From the NCBI GenBank assembly GCA_965227295.1, contig OZ245742.1, positions 448,001 through 512,000 of the forward strand: DNA of 64,000 nt, in the 5' to 3' direction. How positions within the stretch are numbered: position 1 is the stretch's first letter; every line of letters begins with the position of its first letter. The DNA comes from Leptonemataceae bacterium. GTDB taxonomy: Bacteria; Spirochaetota; Leptospiria; Leptospirales; Leptonemataceae. Positions 1-9,548 of the stretch are shown here, one piece after another. Position numbers and translations under genes: made by a program. The notes below the pieces were generated by a model. The model made no database searches, was not told the origin of the DNA, and saw only the letters and a list, made by a program, of their open reading frames with translations.

Positions 1-1
1 A

Positions 2-247
2 GCGGGCGACGGTACCTCCATTAATACGTTTCGACTCACCTGCCTCTCGGGAATCCTTCCGTTCATGAAAACGTTCGCCGGCGCCGGCCCCGCCCGCATC
101 GAACGACACGGATCCGTGGTATCCGAATCACGTTTCCTGAGCAAGGCCATGTCGCAGGAGAAAACCACGGGCCTCATTGAAATCGGCTCCGGCCCGGGGG
201 CCATCGACTCTGTGGACGTTTACTTCCGTTTCGTGAAGCTGGATTGA
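2..247 (+). CDS. 3' end of hypothetical protein (runs off left edge)
   Basis: Frame of ORF 65..247 is open from position 2; converges on the TetR gene. Confidence 0.55.
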   Translation, partial: AGDGTSINTFRLTCLSGILPFMKTFAGAGPARIERHGSVVSESRFLSKAMSQEKTTGLIEIGSGPGAIDSVDVYFRFVKLD

Positions 248-271
248 TCGAATGTGTCGGCGATGAGCCTG

Positions 272-928
272 CTACACCGTCGCCGGCAAACCGCCCACGA
301 ACAATCCCGCAAGAAACCGGGCCGCGTCTTTCGGGGCAATCGCCTGCGCTTTCTTTTTCGATTCGCTCGCCGCCGCCATCTGTACGAGCAACTCAAAGCC
401 CGCGCCGATGATGGCGTGCGTCGCCAGACGCACATCGATGTCCGGGAAGAGGCCGGCCTTGATTGCGCCTTCCAGGTCGGCGGCGAGTTCGCTGACGATA
501 CCCTGAATGGCCGCCGCATCTTTTTTATTCTTCGCTCCCGTGCCGGAGAACACGAGCGCGCGAAAGATGTCCTGATTGCGCGCGAGCATCTGTAAGTTCA
601 GACGATCTTCCGCTACGGCTTCGAAGTACGCGAGATAGGCGTCCTCAATGAATGAACGCGATGTGGTCGCGCGGCGCCGCGCTTCCCGAATGCGAGACCG
701 CACCGCGGCGGCCAGTTCGCGAATGAGTTCACGCATCACCTCTTCTTTGCTGTCGAAGTAGTTATAGAACGTGCCCGGGGAAAGACCGCTTTCGCGGACA
801 ATGTCGCGGATGGTCGAAGCGGCAAAGCCGACCTCCACAAACACCCGCCGGCCCGCGAACAGGATGGCCTCGCGATTCGCCGCCTTTTTTGATTCGCGAC
901 GCGATGCGGTCTGTGCGGATGAGGCCAT
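272..928 (-). CDS. TetR/AcrR family transcriptional regulator
   Basis: HTH ILFAGRRVFVEVGFAASTIRDIVRESGLSPGTFYNYFDSKEE; start placed at ATG 928; divergent from FMO. Confidence 0.92.
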   Translation of the reverse strand: MASSAQTASRRESKKAANREAILFAGRRVFVEVGFAASTIRDIVRESGLSPGTFYNYFDSKEEVMRELIRELAAAVRSRIREARRRATTSRSFIEDAYLAYFEAVAEDRLNLQMLARNQDIFRALVFSGTGAKNKKDAAAIQGIVSELAADLEGAIKAGLFPDIDVRLATHAIIGAGFELLVQMAAASESKKKAQAIAPKDAARFLAGLFVGGLPATV

Positions 929-969
929 GCTGGAGCCTGGAGCGCGTGCGTGAACGCGCAAGTAAAATA

Positions 970-983
970 TGACACAGGCGTCA
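970..983. promoter_or_regulatory. Putative TetR operator palindrome TGACAC-AG-GCGTCA
   Basis: Near-perfect inverted repeat in the divergent TetR/FMO intergenic region. Confidence 0.5.
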
Positions 984-1038
984 CTTTCTTCATTGACGGA
1001 CGGCTCGGCACGTGCGATGATTCCGGTCGGGGGAAGTT

Positions 1039-2523
1039 ATGCTATCATTCAACAACGACGAGTCCAAGAACTCGAATCGCGGCCGCCTCCCGCGGGTCTG
1101 CGTCATCGGTGCCGGCTGCAGCGGTATGACGGCGACGAAATCACTCAAGGATCGCGGCATCCCGGTGACGTGTTACGAAAAAGGCTCGGACATCGGCGGC
1201 CTGTGGCGCTTCGGCAACGACAACGGCATGTCCAGCGTCTACAAATCCCTGCACATCAACACGCACCGCGATCGCATGGAATTCGCGGACTATCCCATGC
1301 CGCCGGACTATCCGGATTACCCTTCGCATAAGTTGATCTGGGAGTACTTTAAGGATTACGCCGGGCACTTCGGCCTCTACGAAAACATAGTGCTCAACAC
1401 GGGCGTGAAGCGAGTAGAACGTCGCGAGGACGGCGTCTACGAGGTGTTACTGGACAACGGCGGCATCGAGTACTTCGACGCGGTGATCGTGGCGAACGGA
1501 CATCACTGGTCCGAGCGCTGGCCCGATCCCTACCCCGGCAAGTTCAGCGGCAAAGAAATCCACGCGCATCGCTACGTCGATCCTTCGAAACCGCTTAACT
1601 TAAGTGAACAGAACGTTATGGTTGTCGGCATGGGCAACAGCGCCATGGACATCGCCGTGGAAATTTCCCGCCCCGGCCTTACGGCGAAGACGATCCTCTC
1701 CGGACGACGCGGCGCCTACGTCTGGCCCAAGTACATCTTCGGCAAACCCTTCGATAAACTCACGCTGCTGTTCCCGCCCTGGGTGCCCTTCGCCATCAAA
1801 CGCTTCCTGGCCACGCTGACGTATCGCCTGGCCGTCGGCAAGATGACGGACTTCGGTTTGCCGGAGCCGGACCACAAACTCGGCCACGCCCATCCGACCA
1901 TCTCCAACGAAATCCTCGGGAAACTGGGCTCCGGCGATATTCAGTTTCGCCCGGGCATCAAAGAATTCGCCGGACGTACGGTGCGCTTCGTGGACGGCAG
2001 CGAAGAAGATGTGGACGTGATCATCTGGTGCACCGGTTACAACGTGAGCTTTCCGTTTTTCGACGATCAGTTTTTCGCGGCAACGGACAATCGCCTGCCG
2101 CCGCTCTTCCATCGCGCGATCCAACCGGGCATGGACGACCTGTTTTTTGTAGGATTGCTACAGCCTCTCGGCGCGGTGATGCCGCTTTCCGAAGCTCAGG
2201 GCAAGTGGATTGCGGAGCAACTGTGCGGTGAGTATGCCCTGCCGACGGAGCAGGAAATGCGTAAGTTCATCGACGATGAAATGCGCGCTATGAATCAACG
2301 CTACGTTTCTTCTGCGCGGCACACGATGCAGGTGGACTTCGAGAAGTATTTGTATGACTTAGAAAGAGAAGTGAAACGCGGGCGTCGGCGTGCGGATCAA
2401 AACGGCAACGCGTTGCCGATCGAAGCGCGGGCGCATTTGCACAAGGGTACGGCCGCCAGGAAAACGAAGGCACGCGGGAAAAAGAAAGCCTCGAAGCGCA
2501 AAACAACGGCGAGGATGCGATGA
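1039..2523 (+). CDS. Flavin-containing monooxygenase (FMO, class B)
   Basis: GAGCSG FAD motif, GGLW, ANGHH, FSGKEIHAHRY FMO fingerprint, VGMGNSAMD, CTGY; Lys-rich tail. Confidence 0.93.
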   Translation: MLSFNNDESKNSNRGRLPRVCVIGAGCSGMTATKSLKDRGIPVTCYEKGSDIGGLWRFGNDNGMSSVYKSLHINTHRDRMEFADYPMPPDYPDYPSHKLIWEYFKDYAGHFGLYENIVLNTGVKRVERREDGVYEVLLDNGGIEYFDAVIVANGHHWSERWPDPYPGKFSGKEIHAHRYVDPSKPLNLSEQNVMVVGMGNSAMDIAVEISRPGLTAKTILSGRRGAYVWPKYIFGKPFDKLTLLFPPWVPFAIKRFLATLTYRLAVGKMTDFGLPEPDHKLGHAHPTISNEILGKLGSGDIQFRPGIKEFAGRTVRFVDGSEEDVDVIIWCTGYNVSFPFFDDQFFAATDNRLPPLFHRAIQPGMDDLFFVGLLQPLGAVMPLSEAQGKWIAEQLCGEYALPTEQEMRKFIDDEMRAMNQRYVSSARHTMQVDFEKYLYDLEREVKRGRRRADQNGNALPIEARAHLHKGTAARKTKARGKKKASKRKTTARMR

Positions 2524-2630
2524 TCCAGGCGCGGCATAAATGTACATAGCAACTGCGTAACTATTTTAATTTCTTGCAGGATTTTGAAACATTCTCCTCC
2601 TGTTGATTACCTTTCACTCAGGAGTTACTT

Positions 2631-2924
2631 GTGTCCTTAATATTGATGAAGCGGGTCGGCTGCATGCTGCTCGTTCTCCTGGTGTCGTCCGCCTGTGCGA
2701 CGGTCCGCCAGGGAACGGTCAAATACGTGGAGTTCGATCTCGAAATGAAGGAATATCCGGAAGATCGTAGCGACGTAATTACGGGAAGCGAATGTGGATT
2801 TCGGATTGTGAATTATCCGACTATCCTTAATCGCATGCGGCCCCAGGACAACATTGTGGGGTTGCGCAACTTCGAGTTCTACACCGATAGTTGCTTCAAC
2901 GTTCGCGGGGAGGCAGTCCAATGA
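2631..2924 (+). CDS. Small lipoprotein
   Basis: AGGAG RBS, hydrophobic signal ending VSSAC; ATGA overlap with next gene; lower GC. Confidence 0.7.
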   Translation: MSLILMKRVGCMLLVLLVSSACATVRQGTVKYVEFDLEMKEYPEDRSDVITGSECGFRIVNYPTILNRMRPQDNIVGLRNFEFYTDSCFNVRGEAVQ

Positions 2925-3316
2925 AAGTTTATAAACCCCTTACTTTGCTCCGCACTTTCGCCGCCATCGCGGTACTCGCCGGCGGCACGGCCTGCAAGTC
3001 CACGATCGGTACCGGGAAATTTTTGGCCACTCAGCAATTTCCGGACAAGAATCTGGAACAACTATCAAATGAAAAAGTAGAAGGCCAGGGCTGCCGTCAG
3101 CACATCTTCTTTGTCCCGATCGGGGAACAGAACTACAATGCGGCTTTCCGGGATGCGCTTTCGAAGTCACCGGAGGGAACCACCGGTTTCATGCACGCGG
3201 AACTCGGCACCATCGTACCGGCTCCGTTTGTCGGAGGCGGGATCCTGTTCGGACGTTTCTGTAACTATATCATCGGCTATCCGGCGAAGGCAAAGCTTCC
3301 GACCGAAGAAAGCTGA
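2921..3316 (+). CDS. Small lipoprotein (possibly TRL-like)
   Basis: MKVYKP...AVLAGGTAC signal; VEGQGC..IFFVPIG..AFRDAL pattern; coupled to upstream gene. Confidence 0.75.
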   Translation: MKVYKPLTLLRTFAAIAVLAGGTACKSTIGTGKFLATQQFPDKNLEQLSNEKVEGQGCRQHIFFVPIGEQNYNAAFRDALSKSPEGTTGFMHAELGTIVPAPFVGGGILFGRFCNYIIGYPAKAKLPTEES

Positions 3317-3338
3317 GGACTCGATGCAGCCGGCGCCT

Positions 3339-3386
3339 GGGGCTGACCAATCAGTGGCCGCATCCAGGACCTTTTTGGTCAGCCCC
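3339..3386. terminator. 12-bp inverted repeat between convergent genes
   Basis: GGGGCTGACCAA (3339-3350) / TTGGTCAGCCCC (3375-3386). Confidence 0.5.
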
Positions 3387-3592
3387 TAATTCCACCAGTG
3401 CGCCGGCTTCACCAGTACTCTTAGCGAAGCCAGTTCCAGTTCGAATCGAAACGAAGCCTCGCCGTCACCGGATCCGAAGAGTCCCGCATTGTTTCTCTGG
3501 AAACGCGGGCGGAGTTGACCGCCGCGACGATCTTCGTCGCCGTCGATGGCGGTGCGCATCAAACGCAATTCAAGCTGTTTGGGCATTCGCAT
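3386..3592 (-). CDS. Small hypothetical protein
   Basis: ORF MRMPKQLELRL...HWWN with purine-rich leader; no recognisable domain. Confidence 0.4.
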   Translation of the reverse strand: MRMPKQLELRLMRTAIDGDEDRRGGQLRPRFQRNNAGLFGSGDGEASFRFELELASLRVLVKPAHWWN

Positions 3593-3695
3593 ATAACACT
3601 TCTTTCCCTGATGAGACGAGATCCTACAACGAAATGTTGCAACTTCATGTCTCACAAGGCAAGTAAGTTACGCGAAGATTGAAAAAAGATACATA

Positions 3696-4814
3696 CTACT
3701 CTGCCTGGATTGCAGCAGACTCAGGCTCATGAAAATCTAATAATTTATAAATTGCTACTTCTTTCGCACGACCGCGCACACGGCCCTGTACCGGCTGCGA
3801 ACACACGATGCCCTCTCCGGCTTTCGCATGCGTTGCACCGTCGATGAGGATGTCGCTACCCAGGCGTTTGTTCAACGACTGCAGTCGCGCGGCCAGGTTC
3901 ACCGAGTCACCGATGACAGTATACTCCAGACGACGGGTGGAACCGACGTTGCCCGCGAAGACCGTGCCCGTCGCGATCCCGATGCCCACGCTGATGGGAT
4001 CGGGGATGTACTCCGGACGAAACTCGTTGTACTGTTCAATGTAGTGGCGAATGTCAAGGGCGCAGCGCACGCCGTTCACGGCGTCGTCCCCGGTGGGGAC
4101 CGGGCAACCGAACGTGGCAAGCATGCCGTCGCCGAGCAGTTTGTTTACCGATCCCTGGTGTTTGAAGACGAGGTCCATGGTGTCCGTAAAGATCGCCGAA
4201 AGGAACTCCGCGAACAGACGCGGTTCCAGGGTTTCACCGAGGGACGTGGAGCCGCGAATGTCGAAGAACATGATCGTCGCTTCGAGCTGAGAACCGCCGA
4301 GTTCCGCGCGGATCTCTTCATTGATGATCTTCCGGGCGAGATCGTCCGAGAAAAACTTGGAAAGCCCGAGCTTTTCGCGCTCCAGCTTTGCGTTGAGTTC
4401 GCGCAGGGCCTGGCGGGATTTTTTCAGTTCGATCTCTTTTTGAATCTTCGGCGTGAGCTCCGCGACCTGAATGGGCTTCTTAATGAATTCACTGGCGCCG
4501 GTGGAGAGTGATACCACCACCATCTCCTCGGAACCGTCCGCGGACATGATGATCACCGGCATGTCCGCGCTCTCCGGATCCTCCTTGATGGCCTTGAGGA
4601 CCATGAGGCCGGTAACTTCCGGTAGATGTAAGTCAACGATGGCCAGGTCCGGCTTCCAATCGCGGACCATCTCCAGGGCTTCCGCCCCGTCTCCGGCGGT
4701 GCGCACGTCGTAGCCCATAAGGCCGACGTACTGCCGCAGGAGGTCGCGGTAGTCTTCCTCGTCCTCGACCACGAGGACCTTTTCCCGAACGATGGAACCT
4801 TCTTCTTCGGACAC
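3696..4814 (-). CDS. Receiver domain-class III adenylate cyclase
   Basis: REC (VLVVEDE, DLHLP, FIKKP) plus FFDIRGST, NKLLGDG, YTVIGDSVNLAARLQ. Confidence 0.93.
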   Translation of the reverse strand: MSEEEGSIVREKVLVVEDEEDYRDLLRQYVGLMGYDVRTAGDGAEALEMVRDWKPDLAIVDLHLPEVTGLMVLKAIKEDPESADMPVIIMSADGSEEMVVVSLSTGASEFIKKPIQVAELTPKIQKEIELKKSRQALRELNAKLEREKLGLSKFFSDDLARKIINEEIRAELGGSQLEATIMFFDIRGSTSLGETLEPRLFAEFLSAIFTDTMDLVFKHQGSVNKLLGDGMLATFGCPVPTGDDAVNGVRCALDIRHYIEQYNEFRPEYIPDPISVGIGIATGTVFAGNVGSTRRLEYTVIGDSVNLAARLQSLNKRLGSDILIDGATHAKAGEGIVCSQPVQGRVRGRAKEVAIYKLLDFHEPESAAIQAE

Positions 4815-4839
4815 GCCTGGAATGAGCGGACGAACCGCC

Positions 4840-5676
4840 TTAGTTCATCACAACCTGTTTGTAGAACGGATGTTCTTTCAGTTGTTCAAACTTGCCTTCG
4901 TTGTACGAACCCATCAGTTCGCCGGCGTTGTAGAAGTCGGCGATCTTTGCGCGGCGTTCCAGGTCGTTCATCGAGAGCAGGAGTCCCATCATTTCACGCG
5001 TGGTGAGCGAAGCGAGGGCGGTGATGCGCACAAGATCGCTGACATTGTCCATTTCGTCGGAGCCGAAGTTGTGCAGGGCGATGACGTCTTTCAAGGAGTC
5101 CGGCACGTTCCATTTGTCGAAGACCAGCTTGCCGACCTCGACGTGATCGGTGCCGAAGCGCTTGCGTTCTTCTTCCACCAGGTCGCCGAAGTTCTGCTCG
5201 GTGGTCTCAATGAGATCGGCGTAGAGTTTGCTTTCGTTCAACGCCAGGATCGACATGCCGATCTTGTGCAACAAGGCGCCGAGGAAGGCCTCTTCGCGGT
5301 GCTGCTTGAAACCCATGTTATCGCACAGCTCCTGGGCCACGAGGGCGCTGGCCACGGTGAACTGGTTGAGATACGTGAGGAAGACCTTGTTCTTCATGGA
5401 GGCGTTCATGGACTTCGAAGCCAGCAGAATGATGATGTTCTTCACGGTCTTGAGGCCGAGCAGCGTGATGGCGTCCTTCAGGGTCTGCACGCGACCGGAG
5501 CGGCCGTAGTAGGCCGAATTCGCAATGCGCAGCAGATCGGAGACCACACCTTCATCCGGGGCGACAATCTGTTCCAGGGCATAACTGCTCGCGGTATCGC
5601 TGAGCGGATCGAACTGCATAACCTTAATGGTCACACTGGAAAGAGGGGGGATTTGAATATCATCAAGATTCAACAT
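4840..5676 (-). CDS. HDOD domain protein
   Basis: LLRIANSAYYG, AITLLG, AFLGALLHKIG, DHVEVG..W. Confidence 0.92.
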   Translation of the reverse strand: MLNLDDIQIPPLSSVTIKVMQFDPLSDTASSYALEQIVAPDEGVVSDLLRIANSAYYGRSGRVQTLKDAITLLGLKTVKNIIILLASKSMNASMKNKVFLTYLNQFTVASALVAQELCDNMGFKQHREEAFLGALLHKIGMSILALNESKLYADLIETTEQNFGDLVEEERKRFGTDHVEVGKLVFDKWNVPDSLKDVIALHNFGSDEMDNVSDLVRITALASLTTREMMGLLLSMNDLERRAKIADFYNAGELMGSYNEGKFEQLKEHPFYKQVVMN

Positions 5677-5818
5677 GTACAGTACACCTCTGTGTCAAAC
5701 GTGGCGAGGGCGCTTTTATGCGGGAAGACGAATTTTCCCGTACAGGCAACTTCTTACGGAACTTTAACAATCACTTGCAAAATCTTCCCGACACCGGGAG
5801 CCTTCGTGCGGAATCACT

Positions 5819-6895
5819 ATGAGTATCCTGAAAAACGCTGAAATTACCGCCGGCCGGGCCGCCCTGAAGCTGCCGCTTTCCGTGCAGCGCGTGCTTTCCG
5901 GCGGCACCGTCCAACGGAACGGACGCACGCTGGATACGCAGGTGGCCATGGCACTACAGCTCGCAAAGATCAAGCCGGCCACGGAAGACCTGCCGCCGAT
6001 CCGCGCCCGGGAGAACACCCGGAACCTCGCTGCGTTATTCGACGTAAATATTCCTGAAATCCCAAGAACTGATGATTTTTCCATTCCCGCGGGACCCAAA
6101 TCCCGCGAGCGCATCCCGCTGCGACTCTATGCACCGCGGGCGACGACGGACCTCCTGCCCTGCGTGGTTTTCTTTCACGGCGGCGGTTTCGTCCTCGGCG
6201 ACCTGGAGTCTCACGACGGAACGCTCCGCCGGCTCTGCGCGGAATCCGGGATCATCGTCGTCGCCGTGGACTATCGCCTGGCGCCGGAGTATCGCTATCC
6301 CGTCTTCGTGGACGACGCCCTGGCCGCTTATGCGCACGTGGTGAAGCACGCGGCGACGTTGGGCATCGATGCGAAGCGCATCGGCGTCGGCGGCGACAGT
6401 GCCGGCGGCAACCTGGCCGTGCAGGTTTGCTTACGGGCCCGCAAGGCAAAGCTCCCGCTCCCGGCCTTCCAGGTCCCGGTCTATCCCTGGCTCGATCTTT
6501 CCATGTCGTTTCCGTCCGTCGAAGCCTACGGCGACGCCTTCTTTCTAAAGAAGAAAACCATCGAATACTTTCGCAACTACGCCCTCACCGATACGGAGCA
6601 CGAGATGTCCGATCCCGGCGTCTCGCCGATCTTCGCGAAACCCCGGATCTTCAAGGGCCTGCCGCCGGCCTTCATCTCGGTGTGCGGCTTCGATCCCCTG
6701 CAAGATGAGGGCGCGGCGTATCATGAGTTGCTCCGGAAGGCCGGGGTGTCCTCCGAGTTGAAGATGTACGAATCGTTAATTCACGGTTCGCTGAACTTAA
6801 GCGGAATTGTCGACGCGGCGAGACCCATGATGGACGATCTGGCCGGGGCGCTGAAAGAGTTTACGAAAGCGCCAGCGGAAAAGAAGAAGAGATGA
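5819..6895 (+). CDS. Alpha/beta hydrolase, HSL-family esterase/lipase
   Basis: HGGGF, DYRLAPE, GDSAGGNL, DPLQDEG, HG. Confidence 0.94.
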   Translation: MSILKNAEITAGRAALKLPLSVQRVLSGGTVQRNGRTLDTQVAMALQLAKIKPATEDLPPIRARENTRNLAALFDVNIPEIPRTDDFSIPAGPKSRERIPLRLYAPRATTDLLPCVVFFHGGGFVLGDLESHDGTLRRLCAESGIIVVAVDYRLAPEYRYPVFVDDALAAYAHVVKHAATLGIDAKRIGVGGDSAGGNLAVQVCLRARKAKLPLPAFQVPVYPWLDLSMSFPSVEAYGDAFFLKKKTIEYFRNYALTDTEHEMSDPGVSPIFAKPRIFKGLPPAFISVCGFDPLQDEGAAYHELLRKAGVSSELKMYESLIHGSLNLSGIVDAARPMMDDLAGALKEFTKAPAEKKKR

Positions 6896-6930
6896 GCTGA
6901 CACGCCCCGAATAAGGGTGCAGTAGATCTG

Positions 6931-6991
6931 GTAAGAATTTTTGGGCGCGTCGGCGCTTTGCGGTGCGGGGGCACGCCCAAAGAATTCTTAC
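6931..6991. repeat. Miniature inverted-repeat element
   Basis: GTAAGAATTTTTGGGCGCG ... CACGCCCAAAGAATTCTTAC; left arm resembles the reverse complement of the end of the 32.8 kb element. Confidence 0.6.
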
Positions 6992-7035
6992 ACGAAATAC
7001 TACTTCATCATTCGTGGCGTCTACGATAGATAAAA

Positions 7036-7992
7036 ATGGACATTGCAATCATCGGCTCCGGCGCCTTAGGTTTGTACTACGGCGCCTTACTGGAAAAACA
7101 CGCACCGCAAACCGGGGCGCGGGTGCACTTTCTCGCACGCAGCGACTACGCGCACATCAAAACGCACGGACTCGTCATACATTCAAAGGACGGCGACTAT
7201 GCACTGCCGGACGTGCGGGTCTACGACGCCCCGGAAAAAATCGGCGCGGTGGACCTGGTGCTGATCGGCCTCAAGACCACGGCCAGTCACGCCTACGAAA
7301 AAATCATCGCCCCCGTGTTTCACAACAAACGTACGCGGATCTTAAGTTTACAGAACGGCATCGGCAACGAGGACGCCCTGGCCGAACTCTTCGGCGCGGA
7401 GGGCATCGTCGGCGGGGCGGCGTTTCTGTGCTCAAACCGGGTCGCACCGGGAGAGATCGATCACATGGACTACGGGCACATCCAGATTTCGCCGTATCGC
7501 GCGAGCGAGAGCAGCCGCCGGGACTGCGCGCAAATCGCGGAACTGTTTCGAAGCAGCGGGGTGGACTGCGCCGTCATTGAAAACTACTACGAAATGCGCT
7601 GGCGCAAGCAGACCTGGAACGTGCCGTTCAACGGACTGTGCACCCTGCACGATCTTTCAACCGATCAAATCCTGGCGGTACCGGAACTCGTGCAACGCGT
7701 GCGCCGGCTTATGGGGGAAACGATCGAGTTGGGCCGGCGCATCAGTGCGACGCTGGCGCCGGAGTTGAAGTACGACGTAGACAGTGTAACTTTCATTGAA
7801 AATCAGTTAGCAAAAACCGCGACCATGGGCGCCTACCAACCCTCGATGCTCGTGGACGCACGCCACGGCCGGGAACTGGAGATCGCAGGCATCTTCGGTG
7901 CCTGCCTGGAGCAGCGAGATCGACACGCCCCGGTTACGGAGATCCCTGAAATCGAAGCGTTGCACCGGGAACTGCTCGAACGAGTTGGTTAA
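7036..7992 (+). CDS. Ketopantoate reductase family (PanE/ApbA-like)
   Basis: IIGSGALGLYYG, LQNGIG, W.K..WN..FN, SMLVD..GRELE. Confidence 0.9.
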   Translation: MDIAIIGSGALGLYYGALLEKHAPQTGARVHFLARSDYAHIKTHGLVIHSKDGDYALPDVRVYDAPEKIGAVDLVLIGLKTTASHAYEKIIAPVFHNKRTRILSLQNGIGNEDALAELFGAEGIVGGAAFLCSNRVAPGEIDHMDYGHIQISPYRASESSRRDCAQIAELFRSSGVDCAVIENYYEMRWRKQTWNVPFNGLCTLHDLSTDQILAVPELVQRVRRLMGETIELGRRISATLAPELKYDVDSVTFIENQLAKTATMGAYQPSMLVDARHGRELEIAGIFGACLEQRDRHAPVTEIPEIEALHRELLERVG

Positions 7993-8045
7993 ATCATATT
8001 ACACTCCCCCGGCCAAACTTTAGAATAGTTTCAACTTCGATGAAG

Positions 8046-8077
8046 CATTAATATAATCTCCGGCTAACATTAATATA
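8046..8077. promoter_or_regulatory. Direct repeat CATTAATATA x2 in AT-rich promoter region
   Basis: Copies at 8046-8055 and 8068-8077 (22-bp period) upstream of XRE gene. Confidence 0.4.
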
Positions 8078-8168
8078 TTTTATGTTTTTCGCGCTTTTTC
8101 GCGAGGGGAAAGCTTTCTCCGGCGGTCTTCGCTTGCGCACAGCGTTTTATCGCGCGGATCGTTCGGAA

Positions 8169-8780
8169 GTGAGCGAAGATTCGCAGGAATCACAGGACCC
8201 GGCGGTCCAGGCCGGGTTGGCGCGCTGGCGCGAATCTTTCAAGCGTTTGCGCGAAGATCGAAATCTCAAACAAACGGAACTGGCCGCGGAAATCGCGCGA
8301 CGCTTCGGTCACGCCTTCGATCAATCCCAGGTGAGCCATCTGGAATCCGGTCAGTCGCAGGCGCGCAGCGGTTTGATCATTGAGCTGTGCAAGATCCTTA
8401 AGGTTACGCCCAACGAACTTTTCAACTATCCCACGGCCGCGGAAGTTCCGCTGGAAGTCCAGGCCGTCATCGATGACCTGGACCTGCGCGATCAACTCCA
8501 GCGATGGATTCGTCCGGGCTCTGCGCGGCGCGACACCGGTTACCTGGCGCGCCTGCTGGAATTGTTGATGGAGCACCGCGATAGCGGTTTCGCGGCGGAG
8601 TCGTTGCCCGACCGGCCGCGGAATCGCGGCGTGAGTCTCGGGGCCGCGCGCTCGTTCGAACCGCGGCGTTCCGTGCGCAAATCGGCGAGCCGGTCGAGCG
8701 AGGCGCCGTCGGCCGGGAAAAAGGCCGCCTCGAAAAAGAAAAAAAGCACGGCCAAAAAGAAACGGAAAAAGAAGCGCTGA
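8169..8780 (+). CDS. XRE-family HTH regulator with Lys-rich tail
   Basis: KRLREDRNLKQTELA...SQVSHLESG...LCKILKVTPNELF; start uncertain (GTG 8169 or ATG 8082). Confidence 0.85.
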   Translation: MSEDSQESQDPAVQAGLARWRESFKRLREDRNLKQTELAAEIARRFGHAFDQSQVSHLESGQSQARSGLIIELCKILKVTPNELFNYPTAAEVPLEVQAVIDDLDLRDQLQRWIRPGSARRDTGYLARLLELLMEHRDSGFAAESLPDRPRNRGVSLGAARSFEPRRSVRKSASRSSEAPSAGKKAASKKKKSTAKKKRKKKR

Positions 8781-8783
8781 ACT

Positions 8784-9365
8784 TCAAGCGCCCGTTCGAA
8801 TACGAAGTTCTTCTATTAAGTACTCCACGCTGCCGTCGCCGAGTTCAATCATATCGCGAAACTCGGTGCGATGATTCGTGATCAGGTCGCCCTCGTCCGT
8901 CGACAGATTGACGATCTTCCAGGCCCCGCCCATCTTGCGGACATGCCAGTGGATGCTCACGGGTTTGTTCCCGGGGCGCTGGATGCGCGTCGTCACGATG
9001 GTCGCCCCGCCGGCCTGTCGCGCGCCGCTAACCTGCACGGTCTCCCCGCGATAACCGCCCAGAAGATTCATGACGCCGTCCACCGCCCAACGCCGGTACA
9101 ACTCGAGATACTCTTTACGTTGCTCCGCCGTGGCCTGGTTCCAGTATTCTCCCAGGACCGAGCGGCCGATGCCCGCCACGTCGAAATTCGCTCCGATGAG
9201 CCGGTCGTACTCACCGCGGGCGGCGCTGCGCTTGAGCTTTTTTCCGGGAATGGTTTCCACGGCCTCCTTCGCCAGCGCGCCGATGAAGGTCTGCGCGGAT
9301 TCGGCAAAGGCCGGCGTTGCTGCCAGCAACAGTATGAGAACGAAACGGGAAAGCATGCGTAACAT
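8784..9365 (-). CDS. MlaC/Ttg2D-family phospholipid-binding protein
   Basis: Signal peptide ending AFA; FD..IGRSVLG.YW..AT.EQR..Y; WKIVN; start approximate. Confidence 0.85.
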   Translation of the reverse strand: MLRMLSRFVLILLLAATPAFAESAQTFIGALAKEAVETIPGKKLKRSAARGEYDRLIGANFDVAGIGRSVLGEYWNQATAEQRKEYLELYRRWAVDGVMNLLGGYRGETVQVSGARQAGGATIVTTRIQRPGNKPVSIHWHVRKMGGAWKIVNLSTDEGDLITNHRTEFRDMIELGDGSVEYLIEELRIRTGA

Positions 9366-9510
9366 GTGTTTCGGACGAATCGCCGGTGTCAATTGTTCCC
9401 CAAAATGCGGTCAGGCCCGGGGGCTCCCTGGTTGCCGCCCGGTCCGCAGCAGTTGCTGATGCCCGAGGGCGACGGCCTTTTTGGTTGACTCTCCCCGGCA
9501 CCAAGTTTTA

Positions 9511-9543
9511 TTGCCTACGCAACATTTTTCATTGCCTCAGCAA
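9511..9543. promoter_or_regulatory. Two tandem TTGC-N4-GCAA boxes (putative MarR operators)
   Basis: TTGCCTACGCAA 9511-9522 and TTGCCTCAGCAA 9532-9543 directly before marR. Confidence 0.65.
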
Positions 9544-9548
9544 CAATT

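Noticed and set aside
4792-5841. Long antisense or alternate-frame ORFs (e.g. 4792-5841, 16146-17147, 31602-32630, 58574-59521)
   Set aside because: Shadows of well-supported genes, expected in high-GC DNA.
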